The translations under genes and the position numbers were made by a program. Source: Chthoniobacteraceae bacterium (GTDB taxonomy: Bacteria; Verrucomicrobiota; Verrucomicrobiia; Chthoniobacterales; Chthoniobacteraceae). Taken from it: 64,000 nt of DNA. Position 1 is the stretch's first letter. Each line of letters begins with the position of its first letter. Shown in pieces: positions 25,233 to 34,198 of the stretch. The notes beneath the pieces are model-generated. The model did no database searches. It saw only the letters and a list, made by a program, of their open reading frames with translations, and was not told the origin of the DNA. The stretch lies in the NCBI GenBank assembly GCA_947476045.1, contig CANJNZ010000009.1, positions 9,564-73,563 of the forward strand. The letters are read 5' to 3'.

Positions 25233-26185
25233 GCTGGCTTTCCAAAAATAAATTTCTTGCTGGATTTGGTGCCGCGATGCTTCTAGGCGTTGGCGGACTG
25301 GGCTACCTCACCTACTCCGCTATGGATCGCAGCAGCTCTGCAGAAAGCGATTTCGAAGGCGCACTCGCAAAACTAAAAGGTCTGCAGGATGGACACCCCT
25401 ATCCCGAAAAAGGAAACCGGGAGAAACTCGTCGCGCAAAAAGACGCACTGAACGAAAAAATCGCCTCGTTTCAAAAACAGCTCGCGGATTCCGTTCTGCC
25501 TGTCGAGCCTCTGACTCCCACCGACTTCCAAGACAAACTCAAGGAAACCGTCGCCCGGGTCACTGCCAAAGCCGGAGGTGATGCGCACCTCAAACTGCCG
25601 GACAAATTTTACATGGGCTTTCCGGAATATTCGAGCAAACCGCCGGAGAAGGCAGCAGCAGCCTTGCTTGGCCGCGAACTCGTCGCATTTGAATCGATCA
25701 TCAATCTCATGCTCGCCGCCAAGGACGTGGAGCTTAAGGAATTTTCCCGTGAAGAATTAAAAGAGGAAAAGGACAACGAAAAGCCAAAGCCAGGAGCGAA
25801 GAAAAGCGCGCAAACCGAACGGAAACTTGTTCAACACTCAGGTTTCACGGTGAAGTTTGAATCAAGCGATGCAGCGTTTCGCACCATCTTAAACGGCATC
25901 GTTGGGAACAAAGAGCAATTCTATATCGTCCGGAGGATCAAGGTGAACAGCACCATGACGCAAGCCCCTCAAAAAGCGAACAGCCCCGCCCCAAACACAC
26001 CCTCCACAAATCCATCCACCCCTGCTCCAGGCCCCGCCGTTCCTCCGCCACAAGCCCCGTCGCAACGTCTCGAATACATATTTGGAACAGAACGTGTGGA
26101 TGTCGCCTTGGAAATAGAAATGGTGGACTTCGCAAAGCCCGAAGCGCCCGTTAAATCCGTAAAAAAAGAGAAGGAGGACAAGTGA
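25229..26185 (+). CDS. Amuc_1100-family pilus-like protein (PilO-position bitopic membrane protein)
   Basis: 318 aa. N-terminal anchor 'FLAGFGAAMLLGVGGLGYL', a helical region, a P/A/S/T-rich linker and a C-terminal beta segment. Length, architecture and several short stretches (for example 'TPTDFQDKLKE', 'FYIVRRIKV') resemble my memory of Akkermansia Amuc_1100. There is an ATGA overlap with the upstream gene. Confidence 0.6.
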   Translation: MSWLSKNKFLAGFGAAMLLGVGGLGYLTYSAMDRSSSAESDFEGALAKLKGLQDGHPYPEKGNREKLVAQKDALNEKIASFQKQLADSVLPVEPLTPTDFQDKLKETVARVTAKAGGDAHLKLPDKFYMGFPEYSSKPPEKAAAALLGRELVAFESIINLMLAAKDVELKEFSREELKEEKDNEKPKPGAKKSAQTERKLVQHSGFTVKFESSDAAFRTILNGIVGNKEQFYIVRRIKVNSTMTQAPQKANSPAPNTPSTNPSTPAPGPAVPPPQAPSQRLEYIFGTERVDVALEIEMVDFAKPEAPVKSVKKEKEDK

Positions 26186-26188
26186 GCC

Positions 26189-27259
26189 ATGGAATGGATT
26201 AAGAAAAACCCGGCCCAACTGATTCTTGCGCTCGTCGCCGCAGGTTCCCTCGCCTCTGCCATCCTGCTTTACACAAAAGAGGATGACTTCAAGAATGCTT
26301 TCAACGCATTCAACGTCTCGCCCAACAAGGACAATAAAATCCCAAACCTCCATGTTGAGAATATCACGGCAGCCGAGAAAGCGATTAGCACACCGGCGCT
26401 CTGGAGTCCTGGAAACAACAAAGATACAGCCGCTCTTTTCGTCCCCAAAAAATACGTCTTGAAAGACGGCGCTCTCGTCAGGCCGATGAACTGGACTTTC
26501 AACCCTCCCGTTCCCAACGCATGGCTCGAAAAATACGGCTTCGACTACCTCAATCCTGGACTGCTCGACGAGGATCCTGACAAAGATGGATTCAGCACTC
26601 TCCTGGAGTTCAAGGGACTCGACGCACAGTCGCACCTCGATATGGCGGGCCAGTCAGTGCTTGGCAAAGACGGCAAAGCGCTGACCGATGATTCGACCGA
26701 CCCGACCGATCCAAAATCGCATCCTCCTTACCACACACGTCTCTCGCTCAAAAAAATCGAGTTAATCCCTTTCCGCCTTCGATTCATGACCTATGACACC
26801 AATAGAGCAGGCAGGGTCGATAGCGTGCAGATCAATACACTGGATCGCGGAAACAAATCCATGTTCGTCACGCTCGGCGAAGACATACCCGGCACACGTT
26901 TCAAGACATTGACCTTCGAGAAAAAAGAAGTGCCCGATGTTGACAACACAAAGAAAGACGTTTCCGAACTCACCATCATCAACAACGAAACAAAGGAAAC
27001 TCTCGTTCTCGTCCTCGGCATCGTGCGCGACTCGCCCGAGAGTTACATCGTCCTCCAATATCACTGGGTGGGTGCAGACGGACAAAAGACGCCCGACATG
27101 AATTTGAAGAAAGGAATCACATTCAAGCTTCCCCCCGACAATGACAGCACCTACAAGGTCATTGACATCAAAGCACCCGATCCGCAAAAGGGCCAACTTG
27201 GAGAAGCAAAAATTCAGATCCCCAACGGGGAAACGATCACCTTGCACACTTCAAAGTAA
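26189..27259 (+). CDS. membrane-anchored pilus-like system protein (Amuc_1099-position, PilP-position)
   Basis: N-terminal anchor 'LILALVAAGSLASAILLY'. A thrombospondin-type-3-like acidic motif 'DEDPDKDGFS'. 356 aa, with a 3-nt gap from the upstream gene. Confidence 0.5.
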   Translation: MEWIKKNPAQLILALVAAGSLASAILLYTKEDDFKNAFNAFNVSPNKDNKIPNLHVENITAAEKAISTPALWSPGNNKDTAALFVPKKYVLKDGALVRPMNWTFNPPVPNAWLEKYGFDYLNPGLLDEDPDKDGFSTLLEFKGLDAQSHLDMAGQSVLGKDGKALTDDSTDPTDPKSHPPYHTRLSLKKIELIPFRLRFMTYDTNRAGRVDSVQINTLDRGNKSMFVTLGEDIPGTRFKTLTFEKKEVPDVDNTKKDVSELTIINNETKETLVLVLGIVRDSPESYIVLQYHWVGADGQKTPDMNLKKGITFKLPPDNDSTYKVIDIKAPDPQKGQLGEAKIQIPNGETITLHTSK

Positions 27260-27334
27260 CCCCCGGCGCTAGAAAACTCCTCAGTTCACAGCCAACCAAC
27301 AAACACTTTAAACCGAAATAACCAACACACGCCC

Positions 27335-29953
27335 ATGACACGGCCGCCTCTCGCTGCACCCATCGCCTCGCTCCTCATTGCCAGTTTTATGTTTCCGCCC
27401 ACCATCACGTGGGGGCAGGAACTCTCCGGTGATTCCGCTGAAGCCGCAGCCACACGCGCACTGGCGCGCCTGCAGCAACGCGAGCAGCTCGGAAAAGATG
27501 AGACTGCAAAGGGCGAGGAATCGCTTGCGAAAAAAGATTACGAAGACGCTTTTGCTCATTTCAAAAATGCCTGCGAGGCCATCATCGTAGCCCCGGCCAC
27601 AAGCTCCAGCCGGCGTTCCGCTGTGAACGGACTCACCACAGCAGGACGCAGACTTGCAGAACAGCGCGTTACCGAAGGCTACTACGCAAGCGCCGTGCAG
27701 GCACTTCAGGTCGTCCTCATTCATAATCCCGACGACAAAGGAACCCTCACACTGCTGGCCAATATTGAAGCACCCGATTACTTCAACAAGCAGATGACCC
27801 CCGGCCATCGCGCCAACATTGAGAAGGTGAAAGCCCTCTTCATCGCCGCCGATGGCTACAAGCAACTTGGTCGTTACGAACTTGCTCTGCAAAAATACGA
27901 GGAAGTCCTCAATATCGACCCCAACAACTCAGCCGCCCGCCAGGGTCGTGCTGAAGTGTATATTTTAAAAACCCGGCCTACCGTTGACGCTTATAACGCA
28001 ACTCGCTCTCAAGCCATGTATGAGGTGAGCAAAGAATGGGAGCGCCCTTATCGCCGCTTTGACCGCAAATCGGTTGTTCGCAATACCGAAGGAAAGTCAA
28101 CCGCGCCCAGCACGGTCGGCATTACCAGAAAACTCAATGGAATCGTTTTGCCTAAAGTTGACTTCAAGGAATCCACGGTTCGCGAGGCAATCGATTTCCT
28201 CGTCAAAAAATCGAAGGACCTCGATCCGGAAAGCGTCGGCGTCAACATCGTCCTCAAACTAGATGAGCAAGGCGGAACCGTCGCGCCGCCTCCAGCCGCA
28301 GCAGCCGGTGGTGCGATTCCCGGTCTTGGCCTTGATCCCGTCGCGCCCGTAGCGGCCGCTGCTCCAGTGATAACAGGCGGCGCAGGCACCCGCGTGACTC
28401 TTACCCTCAACAATGTCCCCCTCATTGAGGTCATCAAATACATCACCAACCTCGCCAATCTCAAATTCAAGATCGAGCCGTTCGCCGTCTCGATTGTTCC
28501 TCTGGGCACGGACACTTCCGAAATGTTCATCAAGGAATGGAAAGTCTCCCCCATCATGTTCCGCGAAGCCATGGGTGCTGCAGCAGGCGGGCTCGCTGCT
28601 GAGCCCGCAGCTGCCCCGGCAGATCCCAATGCCTCATCTCTTGCTGGCAACTCATCTGCAAAAGACTTCCTGGCCCAGCGTGGCGTGACCTTTGGAGCAG
28701 GAGCTTTTGCTATGTATAGTCCGGCCAGTTCCACGCTGGTTGTAAAAAATACCTCCGAGCAACTCGACCTCGTCGAGCGCGTCGTCGAAATCCAAGGCGA
28801 ATCCACCGCTGTCAAGCAGATCGAAATTCAAGCGAAGTTCGTCGAAATCACCCAGAATAACCTAAAGGAACTCAGTTTCGACTGGCTGCTCGGGCAGGCG
28901 AACCTCCCCGGCTCCAAAAACTATCCACTCTTTTTCGGAGGAGGAAATGGCGCCCCTGCATCTACAGACTTCACCTTTAACAATGGTGGAGTCCCCGTTG
29001 GCGGAAGCCCGGTGACGGGTGGGAATCGCAGCGGCAGCATGGCGATCAGTGCCAGCGCCATAGACGCCCTGTTGTTTGGCAGTGCCGGCGGATCCCGGCT
29101 CGCGCCCGGCATCGCATCCATCGCAGGCGTCGGCACCGACCCGGTCTTCCAGTTGATGATTCGCGGCCTCGATCAAAAGAAAGGTGTGGATCTGCTCTCC
29201 TCTCCTCGCGTCACTACCAAAAGCGGCAACCGCGCGGTCATCGAAATCATTCGTGAATTCCGTTACGCAACAGAATTCCAGGCTCCGCAGATCCCGCAAA
29301 CTGTCGGGCAGCAGGGCGGTGGTATTTTGGGCGGCGGCGGCGGCGCCGGCTTCCTCGGCGGCGGCGGCGGCGGCTTCCCGGTCACTCCCACCACTCCAAC
29401 AAGCTTTGAAACCCGCAACGTCGGCGTGACTCTCGAAGTCGAACCCGTCATCGGGCCGGATGGATATACCATCGACATGCAGCTTGCTCCGCAGGTCACT
29501 GAATTCGAAGGATTCATCAACTACGGAAGCCCGATTCAGAGCCAGTCCACCAACCCGATCACAGGTCAGACGACGACCAACGTCATCACGCCAAACGTCA
29601 TCAACCAGCCTATCTTCAGCACGCGCAAGGTGACTACGAACGTCAGCGTGTATGATGGCGCGACTGTTGTCTTAGGCGGTCTCGTCCGCGAAGACGTGCA
29701 GAAGGTCGAGGATAAAACGCCGATCATTGGTGACATCCCGCTTCTTGGACGTTTGTTCCGCTCCAATGTGGATTCACACATCAAGCGTAACCTCGTAATT
29801 TTTGTTACCGCTAGAATCGTGAACGCAGAAGGCCAGCCCATCGTAAACGACGACGAGAAAGAGGAGAAAGTGGAAGACCTGCCACTCCCCGAAATCACGC
29901 CGCCTGCGCTGCCAGACATCAGCGCCTTCACAGGCAACGGCCTCAAGAAGTAG
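27335..29953 (+). CDS. secretin (type II/III secretion system family, PilQ/GspD-like) with N-terminal TPR region
   Basis: C-terminal secretin signature 'VVLGGL....V.....PIIGDIPLLGRLFRS' with 'LVIFVTARIV'. N-terminal TPR-like repeats ('GYKQLGRYELALQKYEEVLNIDPNN'). Ala/Gly/Pro-rich linkers. Confidence 0.85.
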   Translation: MTRPPLAAPIASLLIASFMFPPTITWGQELSGDSAEAAATRALARLQQREQLGKDETAKGEESLAKKDYEDAFAHFKNACEAIIVAPATSSSRRSAVNGLTTAGRRLAEQRVTEGYYASAVQALQVVLIHNPDDKGTLTLLANIEAPDYFNKQMTPGHRANIEKVKALFIAADGYKQLGRYELALQKYEEVLNIDPNNSAARQGRAEVYILKTRPTVDAYNATRSQAMYEVSKEWERPYRRFDRKSVVRNTEGKSTAPSTVGITRKLNGIVLPKVDFKESTVREAIDFLVKKSKDLDPESVGVNIVLKLDEQGGTVAPPPAAAAGGAIPGLGLDPVAPVAAAAPVITGGAGTRVTLTLNNVPLIEVIKYITNLANLKFKIEPFAVSIVPLGTDTSEMFIKEWKVSPIMFREAMGAAAGGLAAEPAAAPADPNASSLAGNSSAKDFLAQRGVTFGAGAFAMYSPASSTLVVKNTSEQLDLVERVVEIQGESTAVKQIEIQAKFVEITQNNLKELSFDWLLGQANLPGSKNYPLFFGGGNGAPASTDFTFNNGGVPVGGSPVTGGNRSGSMAISASAIDALLFGSAGGSRLAPGIASIAGVGTDPVFQLMIRGLDQKKGVDLLSSPRVTTKSGNRAVIEIIREFRYATEFQAPQIPQTVGQQGGGILGGGGGAGFLGGGGGGFPVTPTTPTSFETRNVGVTLEVEPVIGPDGYTIDMQLAPQVTEFEGFINYGSPIQSQSTNPITGQTTTNVITPNVINQPIFSTRKVTTNVSVYDGATVVLGGLVREDVQKVEDKTPIIGDIPLLGRLFRSNVDSHIKRNLVIFVTARIVNAEGQPIVNDDEKEEKVEDLPLPEITPPALPDISAFTGNGLKK

Positions 29954-29955
29954 CC

Positions 29956-30558
29956 GTGCCAGTCATCGGCCTCACGGGTGGCATCGCAACTGGCAAAAGC
30001 ACTTTTGCCAGCGCGCTGCTCCGGGAGTTGCCGATGGGGCATTTTGATTCCGACCGCTGCGTGCACGACCTGCTCGCCGCAGACAATCAGATACGCGACT
30101 CCATAGTAGCCGCTTTCGGCCCATCCGTCTGCGATCAGGCAGGGCGGCCCGAGCGAACCGCACTGCGAAACATCATTTTTAACGACGAAAAACGGCGCAG
30201 AACGCTGGAAAGCATCCTGCACCCGGCCGTCCACGCCCAGTGGAAGGCACTCGCCGAAGAAGCCCGACGCCGGGAAACATGGTTGCTAGTGGACATCCCA
30301 CTGCTCTATGAAACCCAAGCCGAAGGTGAATTTGACCGCGTTATCGTGGTCGCCAGCTCAAAAAAAACTCAAATCGAACGCCTGACACAAGAACGCAGGC
30401 TTGCACCTGAGTTGGCAGAAAAGATAATCGCCTCACAGTTCGACCTCGAGGCGAAGACACAGAAAGCAGAACACGTAATTTGGAATGACAGCACCCGCCG
30501 AAACCTTGACGGACAAGCCCGACTCCTTGCCGATTGGCTCAGAGTCCGCTTCTCCTGA
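29956..30558 (+). CDS. coaE: dephospho-CoA kinase
   Basis: 'VIGLTGGIATGKST' P-loop. 200 aa. The GTG start lies 2 nt after the secretin stop. Confidence 0.9.
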   Translation: MPVIGLTGGIATGKSTFASALLRELPMGHFDSDRCVHDLLAADNQIRDSIVAAFGPSVCDQAGRPERTALRNIIFNDEKRRRTLESILHPAVHAQWKALAEEARRRETWLLVDIPLLYETQAEGEFDRVIVVASSKKTQIERLTQERRLAPELAEKIIASQFDLEAKTQKAEHVIWNDSTRRNLDGQARLLADWLRVRFS

Positions 30559-31993
30559 ACCCATCGCACCTGCGACAGAAGCGCCTGCTTCTCCCGCAGA
30601 AAATCCGCCTGCCGCCACGGCAGAGCAGGCCACAGCCGAAGCAACTTCGCCAGCAGCAGAGTCTCCGACACCTGCGGAAGCACCCAAGCAACCGGAGCCC
30701 GCGCCCATTCCGCCGGAACTCCAGCCGCGCGACTTGTGGATTGATGAACTTCATTCCCTCACCGTCCTGGAACTGCACGAGCGACTGGAAAAACTCCGCG
30801 TTCGCATCAACCCCGAAAAGAACCGCCACCTCCTCGTCTGTGACCTTCTCCGTGCGTATCACTCGCTCGGTTTTCGTCTGCTGGCGGAAGGCATCACCGA
30901 GTTCATCACGAACGACGGTTGTGGCTACGTGCGCTTCCCACGTTACAGCTTCCGTCCGGGGCCGCAGGATCCATTTATCCCTTTCCAAATTGCCCGCCGC
31001 TTGAGAATTCGCGGAGGCCATTTGGTCACCGTCCGCTTCCGTCCGCCAGGCCACAAGGACAAGCATATGATGCTTGAGGAAGTCCTCACCATCGAAGGCA
31101 TCCCGTTCAACGAATGGCAGCCGCCGAAGGATTTCGACACGCTCACAGCACGCTTCCCCGATGCCCGCATCCGCCTCGAAGGCGAGGGCGGCAGCAACGT
31201 CACCGCACGGGCTGTGGATCTCATCGCGCCCATCGGTCGCGGCCAGCGCGGTCTTCTCGTCGCATCACCTCGCGCCGGCAAGACGATCGTGATGAAGGAA
31301 CTCGCCAAAGCCGCGCTCGCAAACAACCCAGGACTCCACGTCATCATGCTGCTCGTGGATGAGCGTCCCGAGGAAGTCACCGACCTCATGCGCAGCGTTC
31401 GCGGAGCGGAAATTTACAGTTCCACTTTCGACGAGCCGAGCATTCGCCACATCCAGGTCGCGGATATCGTCGCCGATCGCGCCAAGCGCCTCGTCGAGCA
31501 GGGTAAACACGTCCTCATCTTCCTCGATTCCATCACCCGCCTCTCGCGCGGCTACAACAACGCACAGCCCGGCAAAGGCCGCATCATGACCGGCGGTCTC
31601 GACACCAAGGCTCTCGTGAAACCGAAAAAGTTTTTCGGCAGCGCGCGCAATACCGAGGAAGCCGGCAGCCTCACCATCCTCGCCACCGCGCTCGTGGACA
31701 CCCACAGCCGCATGGACGAAATCATCTTCGAGGAATACAAAGGCACCGGCAACATGGAGGTGAAATTGGATCGCTTCCTCTCCGAGCGCCGCATTTTCCC
31801 AGCGATAGACCTCCTGCAAAGCGCCACCCGCCGCGACGAACTCCTCTACCACCCCGACGAGTATCACCGTATCACCGTCCTCCGCAAACAGCTCGCCATG
31901 CTCCCGCCCGCCGAGGCGACCGAAGTCCTCATCCACGCCCTCAAAGCAACCACCAGCAACGCCTCGCTGCTCATGGGAGGACTCCGTGGTTGA
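30485..31993 (+). CDS. rho: transcription termination factor Rho (with a possible P/A/E-rich N-terminal extension)
   Basis: 'IAPIGRGQRGLLVASPRAGKT' Walker A, 'MLLVDERPEEV' and an RNA-binding domain 'GCGYVRFP'. The ATG at 30485 overlaps coaE by 74 nt. An in-frame TTG at 30734 is an alternative start. Confidence 0.9.
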   Translation: MTAPAETLTDKPDSLPIGSESASPEPIAPATEAPASPAENPPAATAEQATAEATSPAAESPTPAEAPKQPEPAPIPPELQPRDLWIDELHSLTVLELHERLEKLRVRINPEKNRHLLVCDLLRAYHSLGFRLLAEGITEFITNDGCGYVRFPRYSFRPGPQDPFIPFQIARRLRIRGGHLVTVRFRPPGHKDKHMMLEEVLTIEGIPFNEWQPPKDFDTLTARFPDARIRLEGEGGSNVTARAVDLIAPIGRGQRGLLVASPRAGKTIVMKELAKAALANNPGLHVIMLLVDERPEEVTDLMRSVRGAEIYSSTFDEPSIRHIQVADIVADRAKRLVEQGKHVLIFLDSITRLSRGYNNAQPGKGRIMTGGLDTKALVKPKKFFGSARNTEEAGSLTILATALVDTHSRMDEIIFEEYKGTGNMEVKLDRFLSERRIFPAIDLLQSATRRDELLYHPDEYHRITVLRKQLAMLPPAEATEVLIHALKATTSNASLLMGGLRG

Positions 31994-33092
31994 AAAACCA
32001 AGTCAACTGCGCGACGGACATTCACCCTCTCAAATGGTCCCGTTGACCGACACCGCCTCCGGCCTCGCCGACGCGCTGCCCGCCATCGCAGCGCAGCAGC
32101 GCATCGCCGTGGATACCGAGGCCGACTCGCTCCACTGCTATTTCGAAAAACTCTGCCTCATCCAAATCACAGTTCCAGGTCATGACTTCCTCATTGATCC
32201 GCTCGCTGGTTTCGACCTCACACCACTTTGGGAGTCATGGTCGGGGAAAGAACTCATCTTCCACGGAGCAGACTACGATCTCCGCCTGCTCCGCCGCACC
32301 GGCTGCCCAAGACCCGCACGCATTTTCGACACAATGATCGCCGCACGGCTCTGCGGGCTGAAGGAATTCAGCTATGCGGCGCTGATGGAAAAATACTTCC
32401 AGCTTCCCATCGCCAAGGCATCGCAAAAAGCAAACTGGGCGCGCCGTCCGCTTTCGCCGCAGATGATGGAATACGCAGTCAACGACACGCGTCACCTCGC
32501 CGGGCTCGCCGACATTTTGAGCGCTGAACTGGACCGGCAAAATCGCCGCGTGTGGTTCGACCAGCTCTGCGACCGCGCCATTCGCTCCGCTGAAGTGGAC
32601 AAGGAAATTGACCCCGACCAGCTCTGGCGTGTCCCCGGCAGTGGCCACCTTCGCGGGCGCGCAGCGGCAATCTTCCGCGAGCTGTGGAAATGGCGCGATG
32701 AAGAAGCCCGCCGCCTCGACAAACCCACATTCCACATCTGCAACAGCGACCTCCTCGTGCAAGCGGCAGTCGCTTTTGACGCAGGCGAAACTTTTGAAAT
32801 CCGCCACCTGCGCGGTCCGCGCGAAGCAAAGTATTTTGCAGCAGCCCAGCGCGGAGTTGAACTACCCGAATCCGAGTGGCCGAAATTTATCCGGGCACCG
32901 CGCCTCCGCCCGACCACAGCGCAGTTGAAACGTTTCGACGAGCTGAAGAGCCTCCGCGACAAAGCCGCCGCTGAGCATCATCTCGATCCCTCGCTCATTG
33001 CCCCGAAAGCCACCTTGGAAGGTCTGGCATTCCGCCCGGAGGAGACTCAGGCAAAACTATTGCCCTGGCAGCGTGAACTGATGGGCCTTTAG
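31986..33092 (+). CDS. rnd: ribonuclease D (DEDDy 3'-5' exonuclease plus HRDC)
   Basis: 'IAVDTEADSL', 'HGADYDLRLL' and 'YAVNDTRHL' are Exo I-III motifs. The start is GTG 31986 (overlapping the rho stop) or ATG 32034. Confidence 0.85.
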   Translation: MVEKPSQLRDGHSPSQMVPLTDTASGLADALPAIAAQQRIAVDTEADSLHCYFEKLCLIQITVPGHDFLIDPLAGFDLTPLWESWSGKELIFHGADYDLRLLRRTGCPRPARIFDTMIAARLCGLKEFSYAALMEKYFQLPIAKASQKANWARRPLSPQMMEYAVNDTRHLAGLADILSAELDRQNRRVWFDQLCDRAIRSAEVDKEIDPDQLWRVPGSGHLRGRAAAIFRELWKWRDEEARRLDKPTFHICNSDLLVQAAVAFDAGETFEIRHLRGPREAKYFAAAQRGVELPESEWPKFIRAPRLRPTTAQLKRFDELKSLRDKAAAEHHLDPSLIAPKATLEGLAFRPEETQAKLLPWQRELMGL

Positions 33093-33200
33093 GAAACGTG
33101 GGAGGCTACGGAGCATAGCACAATGCTCCCAGGACGAATGTCGCAGCGTATTCTCGTGCGCGTGCGGGACAGTAAGATGTCGGATAAGCCGTAGCATCAC

Positions 33201-33240
33201 AAAGCCTCGTGCCGTAAACAAAGTAACGGCACGAGGCTTT
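33201..33240. terminator. bidirectional intrinsic terminator between convergent rnd and tsf
   Basis: Perfect 12-bp GC-rich stem (gcctcgtgccgt at 33204-33215 pairing with acggcacgaggc at 33226-33237) with a 10-nt loop. It is flanked by AAA on the 5' side and TTT on the 3' side, so it can act for either strand. Confidence 0.65.
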
Positions 33241-33265
33241 CGTAATGTGGAACTGACTGCCTAAA

Positions 33266-34114
33266 TTAGGCAGCGATTTCTTCGCCGACTTGATAGCGGA
33301 CGAAGGCGCGAATCTCGATGGTGTCGCCGAGATTCTTCGACGTCGCTGCGACGAGAGCGGTGATGGTCTGCTCGGGATTCTTCACGAAACCCTGCTCCAA
33401 CAAGCAAGCGCCCGCGTAGAATTTCCCCATTTTTCCATCAATGATCTTCTCGATCATCTCCGCTGGTTTGTCTTTCGGAGCCTGCTCGCGATAGATGGCG
33501 CGTTCGCGCTCGACGAGCGTGGCTGGCACCTCATTGCGATTGAGGCAGACTGGGCTCGCAGCGGCGATGTGCAGCGTGATGTCGCGAACGAGCTGTTTGA
33601 AGTCGTCGTGGTTCACCGTGGCATCTTTGCCAGCGCTCACTTCGAGAAGGACGCCAATTTTTCCACCGAGGTGGATGTATGCCGCGACTGCGCCACTGCC
33701 TTTGACTTCAAGGCGGGCGTTGCGGCGAATCTGAATGTTTTCACCGATTTTTGCGACGGTCTCGATGCGCGAAGGCTCCAGATCCGTTGCGTGATTTTCA
33801 GCGAGTGCCTTGGCCCATCCAGCGGTGATGGCCTGAAAGCTCTCGTTTTTAGCGACGAAATCCGTCTCGCAGTTCACCTCGACGAGAACGCCGACTTTGG
33901 AACCGGGCAGGATTGCCTGAGCGATGAGACCTTCGTTCGCAGCACGGCCTGCCTTCTTGGCGGCGCTGGCTGTGCCCTTGGCGCGGAGAAGATCCACGGC
34001 TGCTTCCATTTCGCCGTTGGTTTCCATGAGCGCCTTGCGGCAGTCCAATATACCAGCACCAGTCTTTTCGCGGAGTGTGGCTACTTGTTTGGCATCAATG
34101 TTCACAGTGGTCAT
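33266..34114 (-). CDS. tsf: translation elongation factor Ts
   Basis: 'VATLREKTGAGILDCRKAL' UBA-like N-terminus. 282 aa. Lies downstream of rpsB as in most bacteria. Confidence 0.95.
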   Translation of the reverse strand: MTTVNIDAKQVATLREKTGAGILDCRKALMETNGEMEAAVDLLRAKGTASAAKKAGRAANEGLIAQAILPGSKVGVLVEVNCETDFVAKNESFQAITAGWAKALAENHATDLEPSRIETVAKIGENIQIRRNARLEVKGSGAVAAYIHLGGKIGVLLEVSAGKDATVNHDDFKQLVRDITLHIAAASPVCLNRNEVPATLVERERAIYREQAPKDKPAEMIEKIIDGKMGKFYAGACLLEQGFVKNPEQTITALVAATSKNLGDTIEIRAFVRYQVGEEIAA

Positions 34115-34140
34115 ATATTTTGTAAGGATGTTGTTGGTTT

Positions 34141-34177
34141 AAAAAGAGAGAGACGAGAGCGTTGGCCCTCGTCTCTC
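34141..34177 (-). terminator. hairpin plus T-tract between rpsB and tsf (attenuator/partial terminator candidate)
   Basis: On the minus strand: gagagacgag, a 10-nt loop, ctcgtctctc, then TCTTTTT. The stem arms are at 34148-34157 and 34168-34177. Confidence 0.55.
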
Positions 34178-34198
34178 ATTGAAAGACTAGGAAAGTGA

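Noticed and set aside
33110-33129. Small hairpin ggagcat-agcaca-atgctcc just after rnd
   Set aside because: It has only 7 bp and no following T-tract. The strong bidirectional terminator at 33201-33240 explains termination of both rnd and tsf.
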